Source: Bacilli bacterium
GTDB lineage: Bacteria > Bacillota_I > Bacilli_A > RFN20 > CAG-826
Length of the DNA: 64,000 bases
Reading direction: 5' to 3'
Assembly (NCBI GenBank): GCA_050874705.1
Contig: JBNMLE010000001.1
Location: 4,046-68,045, forward strand
The notes below the pieces were generated by a model, which made no database searches, was not told the DNA's origin, and was given only the letters and a program-made list of their open reading frames with translations. Positions 1 through 11,875 of the stretch are shown here, in pieces. A program made the position numbers and the translations under genes. Every line of letters starts with the position of its first letter. The stretch's first letter is position 1.

Positions 1-1217
1 TCAGTGAAGAATGTATTACCTTTATCATTGTCCTTAAAATAGCCACGATATGGAACCATAATGCAGTCACCAGTTCTTGTAAATGAATTAACTGTAACAG
101 TTGTTGGGCCAGTTACAACAACAGGATCAGTCCATCCTAATAATGATTTAGAATAGGAGTTATGATCACCAACGTTATAGGCCATCATATCAACGCTAGC
201 AATTGGGTTAACTTTATTATCATAATCATAGTTATAATAGTCAGTTAAGCCTAAAGCGTGACCTGTTTCGTGAATGATTGTGTGTCCATCAACTTTTGCT
301 ACTCCAGAAGAAATTTCTTCACATGTCCATGGACGCCACTTACCTTCATCAAATACGCCGCCTTCAAAGCATGTGTAATAAGATTGGAAATTCCATTTAG
401 ATAAACGAGGTTTCTTGACGTCGCCTTCAGTAGTTGTTCCACCACAATATGCCCAGAAAATTTCGTTATCAATTGCAACATCTTCACCTTTTTCATTTTT
501 ATATGTTGCATAATATGGTGCACTATAGACCATTTCGATTACATCAAAACATCCATCTTTATCAGAATCAAAATATTGTAAGAATTCTGCACCACTTTTA
601 AACATTTGATTACCATTTTCATCTTTGAAAATAGCATATTTTGCCATGTCATCATCACTATAATAGGACAAAATGTTTTGAGCAAGTTGAGCAGCAGTTG
701 ATGTTTGTCCAAATTCTTTTGCGCTTACAGGCTTCATTGTAAAAGCGTTTGTATAAGCTTGAAACCATGGAGCGACAATACCGTTAAAATTCAATTTGCC
801 ATAACTTGTAGATTTATAATAAGAAGAAAGTGAATGCCACATTGTTTCTTCTGGTTCGCCAAAGAATACTTTTCTAATATCTTCTAATGCATTATCAGCA
901 CCACGTCCAGTTGCAGTTGAATCATCATGACGGTATGCTTTGCTATTTTTTGTTTCAGAATTGTAATATTTACCAAGTTCTTCGGCAGGATAATCTGTAA
1001 ATTCTACTGGCACAACGAATACCCGTGTATCACCGACAGAAGGTGCTGGATATCCTTGCTTTTCACCTTTTTTAATGACGTCTCTCATTGTGATAGTTTC
1101 ATCCTGGTCATGAAATTTTCTTTGATTTTCAGGAGAAGGAGTATTGCTTTCACAGCTTGATATCATCGTAACAATTGGCAATAAAACTAATGTTCTTAAT
1201 AATTTTTTAATATTCAT
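1..1217 (-). CDS. Partial (C-terminus beyond window start) lipoprotein zinc metallopeptidase, M6/InhA-like
   Basis: Minus-strand ATG at 1217 preceded by GGAGG. N-terminus MNIKKLLRTLVLLPIVTMISSCES is a signal peptide with lipobox ISSC. HETGHALGLTD (HExxHxxGxxD) motif around nt 255-290. Frame stays open to position 1. Not in the ORF track because there is no stop in the window. Confidence 0.6.
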   Translation of the reverse strand, partial: MNIKKLLRTLVLLPIVTMISSCESNTPSPENQRKFHDQDETITMRDVIKKGEKQGYPAPSVGDTRVFVVPVEFTDYPAEELGKYYNSETKNSKAYRHDDSTATGRGADNALEDIRKVFFGEPEETMWHSLSSYYKSTSYGKLNFNGIVAPWFQAYTNAFTMKPVSAKEFGQTSTAAQLAQNILSYYSDDDMAKYAIFKDENGNQMFKSGAEFLQYFDSDKDGCFDVIEMVYSAPYYATYKNEKGEDVAIDNEIFWAYCGGTTTEGDVKKPRLSKWNFQSYYTCFEGGVFDEGKWRPWTCEEISSGVAKVDGHTIIHETGHALGLTDYYNYDYDNKVNPIASVDMMAYNVGDHNSYSKSLLGWTDPVVVTGPTTVTVNSFTRTGDCIMVPYRGYFKDNDKGNTFFT

Positions 1218-1270
1218 TTTATTAGCCTCCTTTTTTGCTTTGTGTATTTTATCATTGTTATTCAAATATA

Positions 1271-1308
1271 ACAATACAAAAAGTACCACTCAAAGATGAA
1301 TGGTACTT
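1271..1308 (-). terminator. Rho-independent terminator downstream of rpoC
   Basis: Minus-strand hairpin AAGUACCA-(12 nt loop)-UGGUACUU followed by UUUGUAUU, about 15 nt after the rpoC stop. Confidence 0.55.
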
Positions 1309-1324
1309 AAAGTTATTTTACAAA

Positions 1325-4300
1325 TTATTCAATTTCATCTGCTCTATCGTGAGCTTCGATATATTGTTGTTTAACTTGTTTCATTTTGCCAGCAACTGTA
1401 AAGTCTTTGACATGTTCATATTCTTGTTCTTCAGTGAATAAGCCATCACCAGCAGGAATTAATTTACCAGTAATAACATTTTCTTTTAAGCCATGGAGAG
1501 GATCGACTTTCTCTTTAATAGCGGCATCTGTAAGAACTCTTGTTGTTTCTTGGAAGCTTGCAGCTGACAAGAATGATTTTGTTTCAAGAGCGGCTTTTGT
1601 AATACCAAGAATAAGTTGATGTCCAATTGCAGGTTTTTTGCCATTGAAGATAGCGTCTTCATTTCGTGCTGTAAATTCTTCAATATCAACTTTTGTGCCT
1701 GGAGATAATGTTGTATCACCACTATCAGCGATAACAACTTTCTTAAGCATTTGTTTGACAATAACTTCAATATGTTTATCAGAAATAGAAATTGATTGTT
1801 CACGATAAACTTTTTGAATTTCAGAAAGAATATAATTCTCAACATCGAGTTTTGAGCTAACTTCAAGAAGTTTCTTAGGTGCAATAGCGCCTTCAGTTAA
1901 CTTAGAACCAGCTTTGACAAAGTCGCCTTCTTTAACACATGGACGAGCGCCGAATGAAGATACGAATTCTTTTGGTTTAGGTTCTTGTTCATTTGAAACT
2001 GTGAATGTGAATTTACCATTGTTTTCAGAAACAGAAATAACTTCACCATCAATTTCAGAAATAAGAGCTTCACCTTTTGGATTACGTGCTTCAACAAGTT
2101 CTTGAACACGTGGAAGACCACTTGTAATATCGCTACCAGCAACACCACCGGAGTTAAATGTACGCATTGTTAATTGTGTACCAGGTTCACCAATGGATTG
2201 AGCAGCCATAATACCAACAGCTTCACCAACTTTAACGACTTCACCAGTCGCAAGGTTGCGGCCATAACAGTGTACGCAAACACCATTTTTTGTTTGACAT
2301 CCGAATAAGGAGCGAATTTCGACTTCTTCAATACCAGCATCGACAATATCTTTTGCAAGTTTTTCGTCGATCATTGTATTTCCACGAACGATAACTTCTC
2401 CTGTATTAGGATTGATAATATCACGGAGTGCAAATCTACCAACCAAACGGTCATATAATGGCACAACAACGATGTTTTTAACATCATCTTTAATTGCACG
2501 AACTACGAAGCCATGGTCAGTATGGCAATCATCTTCACGAACAATGACATCTTGGCTAACGTCGACAAGACGACGTGTTAAATATCCAGAGTCAGCTGTC
2601 TTTAAGGCTGTATCAGCGCCACCCTTACGGGCACCGTGAGTAGCAATAAAGTATTCAGCAACTGTCATACCTTCGCGGAAGCATGACTTAATTGGAAGTT
2701 CAATTGTTTCACCTTTAGGATTTTGCATCAAACCACGCATACCTGAAAGTTGTGTTAAGTTAGAAATTGATCCACGAGCTCCGGAATCACTCATCATATA
2801 GATAGGATTACGTTTATCTTTATCAAATTGAGTTGTGAGATCTTTCTTAACTTGGTCAAGAACATTTGTCCAAACATTACACACTTCTTTATGGTGTTCT
2901 TCTTCAGTGAGAAGACCTTTATCATAAAGTTTGTTAAGTTTTAAGACTTGTTCATCACCACCTTTAATGAGTTCTTCTTTATCATTTAATAAAGGAACAT
3001 CGGTGAATGAAATTGTAAATCCTGCAGTTGTGGAATATTTAAATCCTTGGTCTTTCATCTTATCAAGGACTGCAGATGTCTTTGAAGTACCATAGCGATG
3101 ATAGACTTCATCAATAATATTTCCGAGGTCTTTCTTCTTAAATGGAGAATTCAAAGGACGTTTGTGAATTTCCTCTGCAATATTTGTTCCGTAAGGAACG
3201 AAGAATTCAGGTAAATCACCTTTTAAGTTGCGTTTATCTGGAGAATTCAAATATGGGAAATCTGATGGGAAAATAAGGTTAAAAATCACTTTTCCAACAG
3301 TTGTTAATAAGTAAGAATGATTCATTTCTTCTGTGAAACCAGTCTTATTTAAACTTGAAGCACGAATTGCAATACGAGTATGTAAGTGGGCTTGTTTTGT
3401 TTGATAAGCCATAATTACTTCATCGATATTACGGAATACTTTGCCTTCGGCATTGCCATAAAGTTCAAATAATTCGTATTCTTCAATATCACCTTTTGCT
3501 TTACGTCTTTCAGCGCGAGCAAGAAGAGTTTCTTTTGTTTCTTCAAGTGTCAAATAATAATTTCCAAGAACCATATCTTGTGATGGAGTAACGATAGGTT
3601 TTCCATCTTTAGGTCCAAGAATATTATTTGAAGCAAGCATGAGTTCAAGTGCTTCTTGTTGTGCTTCTTTACAAAGTGGTAGGTGAACAGCCATTTGGTC
3701 ACCATCGAAGTCAGCATTAAATCCAGCACAAACAAGTGGGTGAAGACGAATTGCGCGTCCTTCAACTAGTTTCGGTTGGAATGCTTGAATACCTAAACGG
3801 TGAAGTGTAGGAGCACGGTTAAGTAATACTGGATGATCAGAAATGATTTCTTCAACAATATCAAATACAACTGGCTCATAATTATCAATAATCTTTTGAG
3901 CTGTTTGGTGAGCACTTGCAATGCCACGTTTAATCAAAATATTAATAATATATGGGCGTAATAATTGGATTGCCATTTCTCTTGGAAGACCGCATTGATA
4001 CATCTTTAGATCTGGTCCAACAGCAATAACTGAACGACCTGAATAGTCAACACGTTTACCAAGAAGGTTTTGTCTAAAGCGACCTTGTTTACCTTTTAAT
4101 CCTGAACTTAATGATTTCAATGCACGTCCGTTTGCGCCTTGAACAGGTTTATTGCGGCGTCCGTTATCAATAAGAGCATCGACTGCTTCTTGAAGCATAC
4201 GACGACCATTCATCAAGATAACGTTTGGCGCATTTAAATCGATCATCTTTTTAAGACGAGCATTACGAGTAATAACTCTTCTATAAAGATCATTTAAGTC

Positions 4301-5233
4301 AGAGGCAGCAAAACGTCCGCCATCGAGTTGAAGCATTGGACGGAGATCTGGTGGTATTACTGGAATAACATCAAGAACCATCCATTCAGGTTTATTATGT
4401 GAATTAAGGAATGCGTCAACAACTTCAAGACGTTTAACCGCTTTAGCGCGTTTTTGGCCAACTGATTTTTCAATTTCAAGAACAATTTTGTCATGTTCAA
4501 TTTGAAGATATGTGCGTCTTTCTTCTCCTTCAGGTGTAACTTCAGGATATTTGCTAAGATCAGCAAGTAAATGCTTAATAGCTTCAGCGCCTTCTCCGAA
4601 TTCAGCGTGTGTATATTTGCTAATGAATTTTGAAACAGATAAGAAGTCAAATGCTTCTTCTTGGTTGGCCATGTTTTCAAGATATAAATTAGCTTTTTCT
4701 TTATCGTTATCATCTGCGATAACATCCATGATTTCACAATTAATTACATCTCTAAATACTTCACGTGCATTCTTTTCGTCTAAGAATTGACGGTATTTTA
4801 AGATTTTGCTTGTTCCTGGATTAAGGCAAATATGAGCGATAAAATATGTCACTTCTTCTACTTGTTTTGGTGGAACATCAAGTAGTAAGCCGATGCGGCT
4901 TGGAATTCCTTTTAAATACCAAATATGTGTACATGGAGAAACAAGTTCAATATGACCCATTCTTTCACGTCTTGCATCTTTGGAAATAACTTCAACACCA
5001 CATTTTTCGCAAACGCGGCCTGCATCTTTAATCTTTTTATATTTTCCACAGTGACATTCGTAGTCTTTGCTAGGACCAAAGATTTTTTCACAGAATAAAC
5101 CATCTGGTTCTGGCTTTTGGCTACGATAGTTGATTGTTTCAGCTTTTGTAACTTCACCATGTGACCATGCACGAATCTCTTCAGGAGAGGCAAGACCAAC
5201 TTTGATTGCTGATAAATTTTTAACATCAAACAT
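1325..5233 (-). CDS. rpoC: DNA-directed RNA polymerase subunit beta'
   Basis: 1302-aa ORF with the NADFDGDQM catalytic motif and Zn-finger cysteines ([20 protein letters not shown]). Sits after rpoB as in all bacteria. Confidence 0.97.
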   Translation of the reverse strand: MFDVKNLSAIKVGLASPEEIRAWSHGEVTKAETINYRSQKPEPDGLFCEKIFGPSKDYECHCGKYKKIKDAGRVCEKCGVEVISKDARRERMGHIELVSPCTHIWYLKGIPSRIGLLLDVPPKQVEEVTYFIAHICLNPGTSKILKYRQFLDEKNAREVFRDVINCEIMDVIADDNDKEKANLYLENMANQEEAFDFLSVSKFISKYTHAEFGEGAEAIKHLLADLSKYPEVTPEGEERRTYLQIEHDKIVLEIEKSVGQKRAKAVKRLEVVDAFLNSHNKPEWMVLDVIPVIPPDLRPMLQLDGGRFAASDLNDLYRRVITRNARLKKMIDLNAPNVILMNGRRMLQEAVDALIDNGRRNKPVQGANGRALKSLSSGLKGKQGRFRQNLLGKRVDYSGRSVIAVGPDLKMYQCGLPREMAIQLLRPYIINILIKRGIASAHQTAQKIIDNYEPVVFDIVEEIISDHPVLLNRAPTLHRLGIQAFQPKLVEGRAIRLHPLVCAGFNADFDGDQMAVHLPLCKEAQQEALELMLASNNILGPKDGKPIVTPSQDMVLGNYYLTLEETKETLLARAERRKAKGDIEEYELFELYGNAEGKVFRNIDEVIMAYQTKQAHLHTRIAIRASSLNKTGFTEEMNHSYLLTTVGKVIFNLIFPSDFPYLNSPDKRNLKGDLPEFFVPYGTNIAEEIHKRPLNSPFKKKDLGNIIDEVYHRYGTSKTSAVLDKMKDQGFKYSTTAGFTISFTDVPLLNDKEELIKGGDEQVLKLNKLYDKGLLTEEEHHKEVCNVWTNVLDQVKKDLTTQFDKDKRNPIYMMSDSGARGSISNLTQLSGMRGLMQNPKGETIELPIKSCFREGMTVAEYFIATHGARKGGADTALKTADSGYLTRRLVDVSQDVIVREDDCHTDHGFVVRAIKDDVKNIVVVPLYDRLVGRFALRDIINPNTGEVIVRGNTMIDEKLAKDIVDAGIEEVEIRSLFGCQTKNGVCVHCYGRNLATGEVVKVGEAVGIMAAQSIGEPGTQLTMRTFNSGGVAGSDITSGLPRVQELVEARNPKGEALISEIDGEVISVSENNGKFTFTVSNEQEPKPKEFVSSFGARPCVKEGDFVKAGSKLTEGAIAPKKLLEVSSKLDVENYILSEIQKVYREQSISISDKHIEVIVKQMLKKVVIADSGDTTLSPGTKVDIEEFTARNEDAIFNGKKPAIGHQLILGITKAALETKSFLSAASFQETTRVLTDAAIKEKVDPLHGLKENVITGKLIPAGDGLFTEEQEYEHVKDFTVAGKMKQVKQQYIEAHDRADEIE

Positions 5234-5247
5234 ATATCAATACCTCC

Positions 5248-8200
5248 TTATTTAATTGTTAATTCTTCATCAATGTCATACATGTTGGCATTTGAAGAAT
5301 CGAGATCATCATCGTGCTTGCTGGCACCGGTGAGATTACGAATGACTGTATTAATTTTTCTTTCTTCTTGACGAGCTTCAGTTGCAATTGCGTTTGTATC
5401 GATAATTGAACCATTTTCATCGAGAAGTTCGACATTAAGGCAAAGACCTTTAAGTTCTTTAATAAGAACATTAAATGCTTCTGGAATACTTGGTTTAGGA
5501 ATGTCGATTCCTTTAATAATAGACTCGTATGCTTTGCGGCGACCGACTCTATCATCTGATTTAATTGTAAGAATTTCTTGTAATGTATGGGCAGCGCCAT
5601 AAGCTTCAAGTGCCCAAACTTCCATTTCACCAAATCTTTGACCACCATTTTGAGCTTTACCACCAAGTGGTTGTTGTGTAACTAAGCTATATGGTCCAAC
5701 GGAACGAGCGTGAAGTTTATCATCGACCATGTGTACAAGTTTAATCATATACATAACGCCGACAGAAATTCTTTCGTCAAATCTTTCACCAGTACGACCA
5801 TCATAAAGAATAGTTTTACCATCTGGTGCGATTTGAGCTTGTTTCATTAAATCAAAGATTTCTTCATTTGAAATTCCGTCAAAAACAGGAGTTGCAACTT
5901 TAAGTCCAAGTTTCTTACATGCAAGGCCTAAATGCATTTCAAGAATTTGACCGATGTTCATACGTGATGGAACGCCGAGTGGGTTAAGCATAATATCAAC
6001 TGGAGTACCATCAGCTAAGAATGGCATATCTTCAACTGGTAAGATGCGAGAAATAACACCTTTGTTACCATGACGTCCAGACATCTTATCACCTTCAGAA
6101 ATTTTACGTTTTTGAGCGATAAAGACGTGAACTGATTTCTTAACGCCGTGTGGAAGTTCATCACCATTTTCAAGTGAGAAAACTTTAACATCGAGAACAA
6201 TACCAGCACCACCATGTGGAACTCTCATAGAAGAATCTTTCATGTCTTTTGTCTTTTCGGCAAAAATAGCCATGAGAAGTTTTTCTTCTGGTGATTGTTG
6301 TTCGCTTTCGCCTTTAGGTGTAACTTTACCAACAAGAATATCGCCTTCGCGGACTTCTGTACCAATTGTAACAATACCATTGGCGTCTAAGAATGCTTTT
6401 GCAGATTCTTTGACGTTTGGAATATCACGGGTAATTTCTTCTGGTCCAAGTTTTGTATCACGACAATCAAGAATGTGTTCTTCAATATGAATTGAAGTAT
6501 ATGTGTCATCTTTGACAAGTCTTTCAGACATGATGACAGCATCTTCGTAGTTATAACCATCCCAAGTCATGAAGGCAACGGTAACGTTTTGACCTAATGC
6601 AAGATCACCATTTTCCATTGCTGGTCCATCGGCAAGGATTTGGCCTTTTTTAACTTCATCGCCAACTTTAACAATGGCTTTTTGGTTAATGCAAGTACCT
6701 TGGTTACTTCTTTCAAATTTTTGTAATTTATATTCGCGCACGTATTTTCCTTCTTTTACGCGAATGACTTGGCTATCAACATATTTAACTACACCATCGC
6801 TTGCGGCAACAACTGCAAGACCGGCATCTTTAGCAATCTTATATTCAAGACCTGTTCCAACATATGGAGCAGTTGGTCTTAATAATGGGAGAGCTTGACG
6901 TTGCATGTTAGCACCCATAAGAGCACGTTTAGCATCGTCGTTTTCAAGGAATGGAATACAGGCTGAAGCAATTGAAACAACTTGTTTTGGTGAAACGTCC
7001 ATATAATCGATAAGTGAACTATCAATGACAACGTTTTCACCGTTGTGACGTGCAATGACTTCTTTATCAGTGATATATCCATTTTCATCTAAATGAACGC
7101 TATCTTCAGCAATATAATGATCCTTTTCCATATCAGCGGAAAGATATTCAGTTTCATCAGTAACACGTGAACCATTTTCATCTTTCTTAACGATACGATA
7201 AGGAGTTTCAATAAAGCCATATTTATTAACTTTAGCATAAGATGCTAAGTTAGAGATAAGTCCAATGTTTTGACCTTCAGGAGTTTCAATTGGACAAATA
7301 CGACCATAGTGAGTTGGGTGAACGTCACGAATAGCCATCGATGCACGTTCACGAGTAATGCCACCATGACCTAAAGCGGAAATACGACGCTTGTTAGTTA
7401 ATTCTGAAAGTGGATTAACTTGGTCCATAACTTGTGAAAGTTGGTTGGTAGCAAAGAATTCACGAATTGAACTTGTTAATGGTTTGATATTGATAAGTGA
7501 TTGAACTGTTGCGCTTTCAAGATCAGTAATAGACATCTTTTGTTGGACAGTCTTGACCATCTTAGAAAGACCTAATCTGAATTGATTTTGAACAAGTTCA
7601 CCAACGCATCTAATGCGACGGTTACCTAAATTATCGATATCATCAACATCGCCAAATCCGGCCATGATATTCATTAAATATGAGAATAAAGCAATAATAT
7701 CGGAGAAAGCCATCCATTCAATAGTAAGATTTAAATCTGTACCAATGATGTTTTCGACTTTGTCCATCTTGTCATCAACATAGACTTTAATCATGTTGAC
7801 TTTGCCAGAGAATGTTTGGGCAAGTTCATTTTTAGTCTTTTCATCGCCTTTACCCTTAGGGGCTGTGCGAATCAAAGATTCCACTAAAGCAGGATTTGCT
7901 TTAATAACTTTTTCATGTGCACCATTTTCAAACACTTCGGCGTCCATTAATTTTTGAACATCTTCTTTAGAAAGATAATCGCCTTTCTTATAAAGAATTT
8001 CGCCGTTTTCATCGACTAAATTTTCAGCAAGATAGCGACCTGCTAAACGGTTATAAATGCCGAGTTTGTTGCGGCATTTGAAACGTCCTGCTGAGCCGAT
8101 ATCATAACGGCGATGATCAAAGAATTTTTGGATTAAGAAATTGCTAATACCTTCATCAGTAATTGGTTCACCTGGTTTAATCTTTTTGAAAATTGTGACT

Positions 8201-8904
8201 AAAGCTTTTTGAGGTGAATCAGTTTCTTCATCTTTTTCAATAGTATTTTCAAGCATTTCATTGTTGCCAAATAATTTCTCTAAAAGTTTTTGGTTATCTA
8301 AACCGAGAGCTTTTAAAAGAATTGTAACTGGCATCTTCTTTTGACGGTCGATGCGAACATTGATCAATCCTTTTTGATCTGTTTCAAATTCTAACCAAGA
8401 ACCTCTTGTTGGAATTAAATCAGCATTAAAAACATAACGTCCTGATTTATCAAGAGTTTTGCTAATATAAGCACCTGGAGAACGAACAATTTGGCTAACA
8501 ATAACACGTTCAGCACCATTAACAATAAAAGTACCACTATTGGTCATTAATGGAATATCTCCCATGAAGACACTGTGATCTTTTAAAACACCATTAATAG
8601 TATTTCTAAGTCTTAAGACAGCATAAAGTTGTGCTTGATAGGTGTAACCGTGTGCTTTGCAATCTAAATAATTGTGCTTTGGTTCTTTTAATTCACTTGA
8701 GACATATTCGACAAATACATTGTCATTATAGTTGGCAATTGGGAAGACTTCTTTCATGACTTCGTCAATGCCTTTCTCAAGGAACCATTGATAGGAATCA
8801 GTTTGGATTTCTACCAAGTTAGGTAATTCCAAATTACCAGATATTTTAGAAAAGTTGATTCTATTATTTGGTAATAATGGATAATTTTTGTAAGTATTGC
8901 TCAT
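5248..8904 (-). CDS. rpoB: DNA-directed RNA polymerase subunit beta
   Basis: The 1224-aa ORF is clearly RpoB ([14 protein letters not shown]... conserved N-terminus). Start moved to ATG at 8904 (MSNTYK), which has AAAGGAG 7 nt upstream. The ORF-track ATG at 8922 lacks an SD. Confidence 0.95.
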   Translation of the reverse strand: MSNTYKNYPLLPNNRINFSKISGNLELPNLVEIQTDSYQWFLEKGIDEVMKEVFPIANYNDNVFVEYVSSELKEPKHNYLDCKAHGYTYQAQLYAVLRLRNTINGVLKDHSVFMGDIPLMTNSGTFIVNGAERVIVSQIVRSPGAYISKTLDKSGRYVFNADLIPTRGSWLEFETDQKGLINVRIDRQKKMPVTILLKALGLDNQKLLEKLFGNNEMLENTIEKDEETDSPQKALVTIFKKIKPGEPITDEGISNFLIQKFFDHRRYDIGSAGRFKCRNKLGIYNRLAGRYLAENLVDENGEILYKKGDYLSKEDVQKLMDAEVFENGAHEKVIKANPALVESLIRTAPKGKGDEKTKNELAQTFSGKVNMIKVYVDDKMDKVENIIGTDLNLTIEWMAFSDIIALFSYLMNIMAGFGDVDDIDNLGNRRIRCVGELVQNQFRLGLSKMVKTVQQKMSITDLESATVQSLINIKPLTSSIREFFATNQLSQVMDQVNPLSELTNKRRISALGHGGITRERASMAIRDVHPTHYGRICPIETPEGQNIGLISNLASYAKVNKYGFIETPYRIVKKDENGSRVTDETEYLSADMEKDHYIAEDSVHLDENGYITDKEVIARHNGENVVIDSSLIDYMDVSPKQVVSIASACIPFLENDDAKRALMGANMQRQALPLLRPTAPYVGTGLEYKIAKDAGLAVVAASDGVVKYVDSQVIRVKEGKYVREYKLQKFERSNQGTCINQKAIVKVGDEVKKGQILADGPAMENGDLALGQNVTVAFMTWDGYNYEDAVIMSERLVKDDTYTSIHIEEHILDCRDTKLGPEEITRDIPNVKESAKAFLDANGIVTIGTEVREGDILVGKVTPKGESEQQSPEEKLLMAIFAEKTKDMKDSSMRVPHGGAGIVLDVKVFSLENGDELPHGVKKSVHVFIAQKRKISEGDKMSGRHGNKGVISRILPVEDMPFLADGTPVDIMLNPLGVPSRMNIGQILEMHLGLACKKLGLKVATPVFDGISNEEIFDLMKQAQIAPDGKTILYDGRTGERFDERISVGVMYMIKLVHMVDDKLHARSVGPYSLVTQQPLGGKAQNGGQRFGEMEVWALEAYGAAHTLQEILTIKSDDRVGRRKAYESIIKGIDIPKPSIPEAFNVLIKELKGLCLNVELLDENGSIIDTNAIATEARQEERKINTVIRNLTGASKHDDDLDSSNANMYDIDEELTIK

Positions 8905-8921
8905 GTAATGGCTCCTTTTCA

Positions 8922-9530
8922 TTAATTCACTTTTGTTGCTTTAAGGACATAATATCCTTTGCTTCTCGATAATATTTCACAATTAGTGAATATTTCTTCT
9001 AGATATGCTTTGACGGATAATGCACCTTGTGCTTTTCGCACAACAACATATAGTGAACCGCCATCAATTAAATGAGATTTCGCACCGATGTAAATGGCAT
9101 ATGTAACCTTTTTACCAGCCCTTATCGGCGGATTGCTCACAATTGAATCATATAATCCTTCAATCTCTACATAGATGTCACTTTGAAGGCAGGTGACTCG
9201 TTGGCTTAACGCGAGCTTTTGTGCGTTCTTCTTACATAATGCAAGAGCGCGCGTATTGACATCTGAACAAGTTACGTTCAATGATGGAGAGAAATAAGCC
9301 AAAGTTAAGCCTATTGGGCCTATTCCGCATCCTATGTCAAGCATCTTTCCCTTAAGGGTTAGAGGGATAAGAGCTTTAAGTAAAATCTCCGTTCCCTTAT
9401 CTAACCCATTTTTAGAAAAGACACCAATGTCTGATTCCAATGTAAATTTATGATCATTAATTACATAAGAAATTTCTCTTGGTTTTGAACCTAAAGATGC
9501 ATCGTTAATGTAATAATGTGAATTTGCCAT
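8922..9530 (-). CDS. Class I SAM-dependent methyltransferase (YbxB/RsmC-like small rRNA methyltransferase)
   Basis: [10 protein letters not shown] (motif I) and SNPP (motif IV). Same position as B. subtilis ybxB, between rplL and rpoB. Confidence 0.7.
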   Translation of the reverse strand: MANSHYYINDASLGSKPREISYVINDHKFTLESDIGVFSKNGLDKGTEILLKALIPLTLKGKMLDIGCGIGPIGLTLAYFSPSLNVTCSDVNTRALALCKKNAQKLALSQRVTCLQSDIYVEIEGLYDSIVSNPPIRAGKKVTYAIYIGAKSHLIDGGSLYVVVRKAQGALSVKAYLEEIFTNCEILSRSKGYYVLKATKVN

Positions 9531-9553
9531 TGGAAAACTAGATTAAAAGTTGA

Positions 9554-9928
9554 TTATTTAATTTCAACTTCAGCACCAGCTGCAACAAGAGCTTTCTTGT
9601 GTTCTTCAGCTTCGACTGGTGAGATGTGTTCTTTGATATTGCATGGTGCAGTATCAACTAATTTCTTAGCATCCATAAGTCCTAAACCTGTGATGGCTTG
9701 AACAGCTTTGATGACTGCAACTTTTGCACCACCAACTGCTTTGAGGACTAATGAAACTTCGGTTGGTCCAGCTTTGACTTCTTCTTCTGCTGGTGCAGCG
9801 GAAACTGCAACTGGGGCAGCGGCTGTAACACCGAATTCTTCTTCAACTGCTTTAACGAGTTCATTGAGTTCAAGAACAGTCATTTCCTTTAAGGAAGCAA
9901 TGATTTCTTCTTTTGTTAACTTTGCCAT
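9554..9928 (-). CDS. rplL: 50S ribosomal protein L7/L12
   Basis: 124 aa with Ala-rich hinge and conserved C-terminal domain (KLVDTAPCNIKE...EIK). Lies in the rplJ-rplL pair. Confidence 0.95.
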   Translation of the reverse strand: MAKLTKEEIIASLKEMTVLELNELVKAVEEEFGVTAAAPVAVSAAPAEEEVKAGPTEVSLVLKAVGGAKVAVIKAVQAITGLGLMDAKKLVDTAPCNIKEHISPVEAEEHKKALVAAGAEVEIK

Positions 9929-9951
9929 AATATTTTCCTCCTAATTAGGCA

Positions 9952-10440
9952 TTAATTTTTGCTATCCGCTACTGCTTTGACTGTGCAAGCGAAACTGCGG
10001 ATAGGTGCTTGCAAGCACGATAAGAACATGGATATTAATCCTTCGCGGTTTGGTAGTTTTGCAACTTCTTTTACACCATTGCCATCAACAAATTTGCCTT
10101 CTACTAATCCTGCTTTGAGAACGAGTTTATCGTTTTTCTTAGCAAATTTAGTAAGAACTTTTGGCATTCCTGTTGTGTCGCTGGAGAAGACATATGCATT
10201 ACTGCCAGTGAGGTATTGATCTAATTCTTTATGTCCAAGATTATCGCTTGCCTTTTGAACAAGTGTGTTTTTGTAGACATTGAATGTAGCATCAACCGCT
10301 TTTAAAGCCTTTCGAAGTTCACTGATTTGAGCAACTGTAAGACCACGATATTCGACAACAACCATTGAAGAACATTCTTCGATTGATTTTGTGATTTGGC
10401 TAACAATCGCTTTCTTTGATTCGAGAGTGACTGGATTCAT
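9952..10440 (-). CDS. rplJ: 50S ribosomal protein L10
   Basis: 162 aa, L10 family, upstream of rplL. Confidence 0.93.
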   Translation of the reverse strand: MNPVTLESKKAIVSQITKSIEECSSMVVVEYRGLTVAQISELRKALKAVDATFNVYKNTLVQKASDNLGHKELDQYLTGSNAYVFSSDTTGMPKVLTKFAKKNDKLVLKAGLVEGKFVDGNGVKEVAKLPNREGLISMFLSCLQAPIRSFACTVKAVADSKN

Positions 10441-10562
10441 AGTTCTACCTCCTTTGTAAATTGTTTTGAGAAACTCAATATACTTGGGAATAATTACCTG
10501 GGCAACATGATTAAGCCCCGTGGCCGTTGCTGTCTATGGTATATTGTGCTCCTGAGAGTTAA
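10441..10562 (-). promoter_or_regulatory. Putative L10(L12)4 autoregulatory leader upstream of rplJ
   Basis: A 122-nt rplA-rplJ gap, unusually long for this operon. It holds a locally GC-rich segment (CAGCAACGGCCACGGGGCUUAAUCAUGUUGCCCAGG) that can fold (GGGC...GCCC), then AAAGGAGG before the ATG. The L10 leader sits at this position in Firmicutes. Confidence 0.45.
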
Positions 10563-11246
10563 TTACATTCCTTCAAATGTGAAGTGAATGCTTGGACCCA
10601 TTGTTGTATGAACAACTGCGGTCTTAATATAAGAACCTTTTACTGCGGCTGGACGAACTTTGACAAGTGTACCAGTGAGAGCCACAAGATTCTCAACGAG
10701 ATCATTTGTGTTAAAGCTGACACGACCAATAGCTAAGTGCATATTTGCATCCTTATCTAAGCGGTATTCAACTTTACCTAACTTGATTTCTTTAATTGCT
10801 TTGGCGATATCCATTGTAACTGTGCCTGTCTTTGGGTTTGGCATTAAGCCTTTTGGACCAAGAAGACGACCCATTTTACCAAGTTCACCCATCATATCTG
10901 GTGTGGCGACGATGATATCGAAATCAAACCAATTTTCTTTTTGGATTTTTTCAAGTAAATCTTTACCTCCGGCAAAATCCGCTCCGGCTGCTTTTGCTTC
11001 CTCTACTTTTGATGTAATGGCGCAAATCTTTTTGGTCTTACCATTTCCATGTGGAAGAATGAGAGTTCCTCTAATTTGTTGGTCGGCCTTTGTTGTGTCG
11101 ATGTTCATATTGAATGATACATTGACTGTTGCATCGAACTTAACTGTTGATGTCTTTTTGACTAATTCACATGCTTCTGCAATTGAATAAACCTTTTTCG
11201 CGTCAACGAGTTCAACAACTTTTCTGTAATTTTTTGAACGTTTCAT
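10563..11246 (-). CDS. rplA: 50S ribosomal protein L1
   Basis: 227 aa, L1 family. Confidence 0.95.
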   Translation of the reverse strand: MKRSKNYRKVVELVDAKKVYSIAEACELVKKTSTVKFDATVNVSFNMNIDTTKADQQIRGTLILPHGNGKTKKICAITSKVEEAKAAGADFAGGKDLLEKIQKENWFDFDIIVATPDMMGELGKMGRLLGPKGLMPNPKTGTVTMDIAKAIKEIKLGKVEYRLDKDANMHLAIGRVSFNTNDLVENLVALTGTLVKVRPAAVKGSYIKTAVVHTTMGPSIHFTFEGM

Positions 11247-11251
11247 AATTT

Positions 11252-11662
11252 TTACTCGTCAATCGTGATTCCCATATTACGAGCTGAACCGGCAACGATT
11301 TTCATTGCTGCTTCAACATTGTCGCAATTTAAGTCAGGTAATTTGTATTCAGCGATTTCTTTAAGTTGTGCTTTGCTGATATGTCCAACGATAACTTTTG
11401 GGTTAGCTGAACCTTTCTTAATACCAGCGGCTTTAAGCAATAAGCCTGCAACTGGAGAAGTCTTGATTACGAAGTCGTGTGACTTGTCTTCATAAGCTGT
11501 GATGATAACAGGAACGATTTCACCACGGCGATCAGCTGTCTTTGCGTTAAAGTCTGTACAGAATTTTGGCATGATGACACCGGCTGATGCTAGTTTTGGT
11601 CCTGGTTTTGCTTCACCACCAGGGAGTTCCATTTTCACAACTTTTGCGATTCTTTTACTCAC
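11252..11662 (-). CDS. rplK: 50S ribosomal protein L11
   Basis: 136 aa, L11 family (PGPKLASAGV...). GTG start with GAAGGAGG upstream. Confidence 0.95.
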   Translation of the reverse strand: MSKRIAKVVKMELPGGEAKPGPKLASAGVIMPKFCTDFNAKTADRRGEIVPVIITAYEDKSHDFVIKTSPVAGLLLKAAGIKKGSANPKVIVGHISKAQLKEIAEYKLPDLNCDNVEAAMKIVAGSARNMGITIDE

Positions 11663-11743
11663 GTGACATTTCCTCCTTCATTTTTAGAATTTTGTCCGTG
11701 CTCGTGGTAATAGGACTAAATCGTTTGTCCTCCCACAAGACGA

Positions 11744-11776
11744 TAATACACACGTGCCTATGCGCTCTCATCACAA
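11744..11776 (-). promoter_or_regulatory. Candidate sigma-A promoter for rplK-rplA
   Basis: Minus strand: TTGTGA, 18 nt, TGTGTATTAT (extended -10). Lies between the ATPase terminator and the rplK leader. Confidence 0.35.
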
Positions 11777-11822
11777 GGCAATATGCGTATTTGATTTTAT
11801 CAAATTGTTATTTTTAATACAA

Positions 11823-11848
11823 CAAAAAAATGAGCATTGTCTGCCCAT
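11823..11848 (-). terminator. Putative intrinsic terminator after the P-type ATPase gene
   Basis: Minus strand: AUGGGCA-GACAA-UGCUCAU (one mismatch) followed by UUUUUUUGUUG. Confidence 0.45.
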
Positions 11849-11875
11849 TTAATTGTAAAACATAAAATGTTTTAA

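Noticed and set aside
1486-5666. Multiple 60-135-aa ORFs inside or antisense to rpoC/rpoB (for example 1486..1884, 4357..4737, 4912..5229, 5259..5666).
   Set aside because: They lie entirely within the rpoC or rpoB reading frames. They are AT-rich, Lys/Leu/Phe-biased translations typical of off-frame artefacts.
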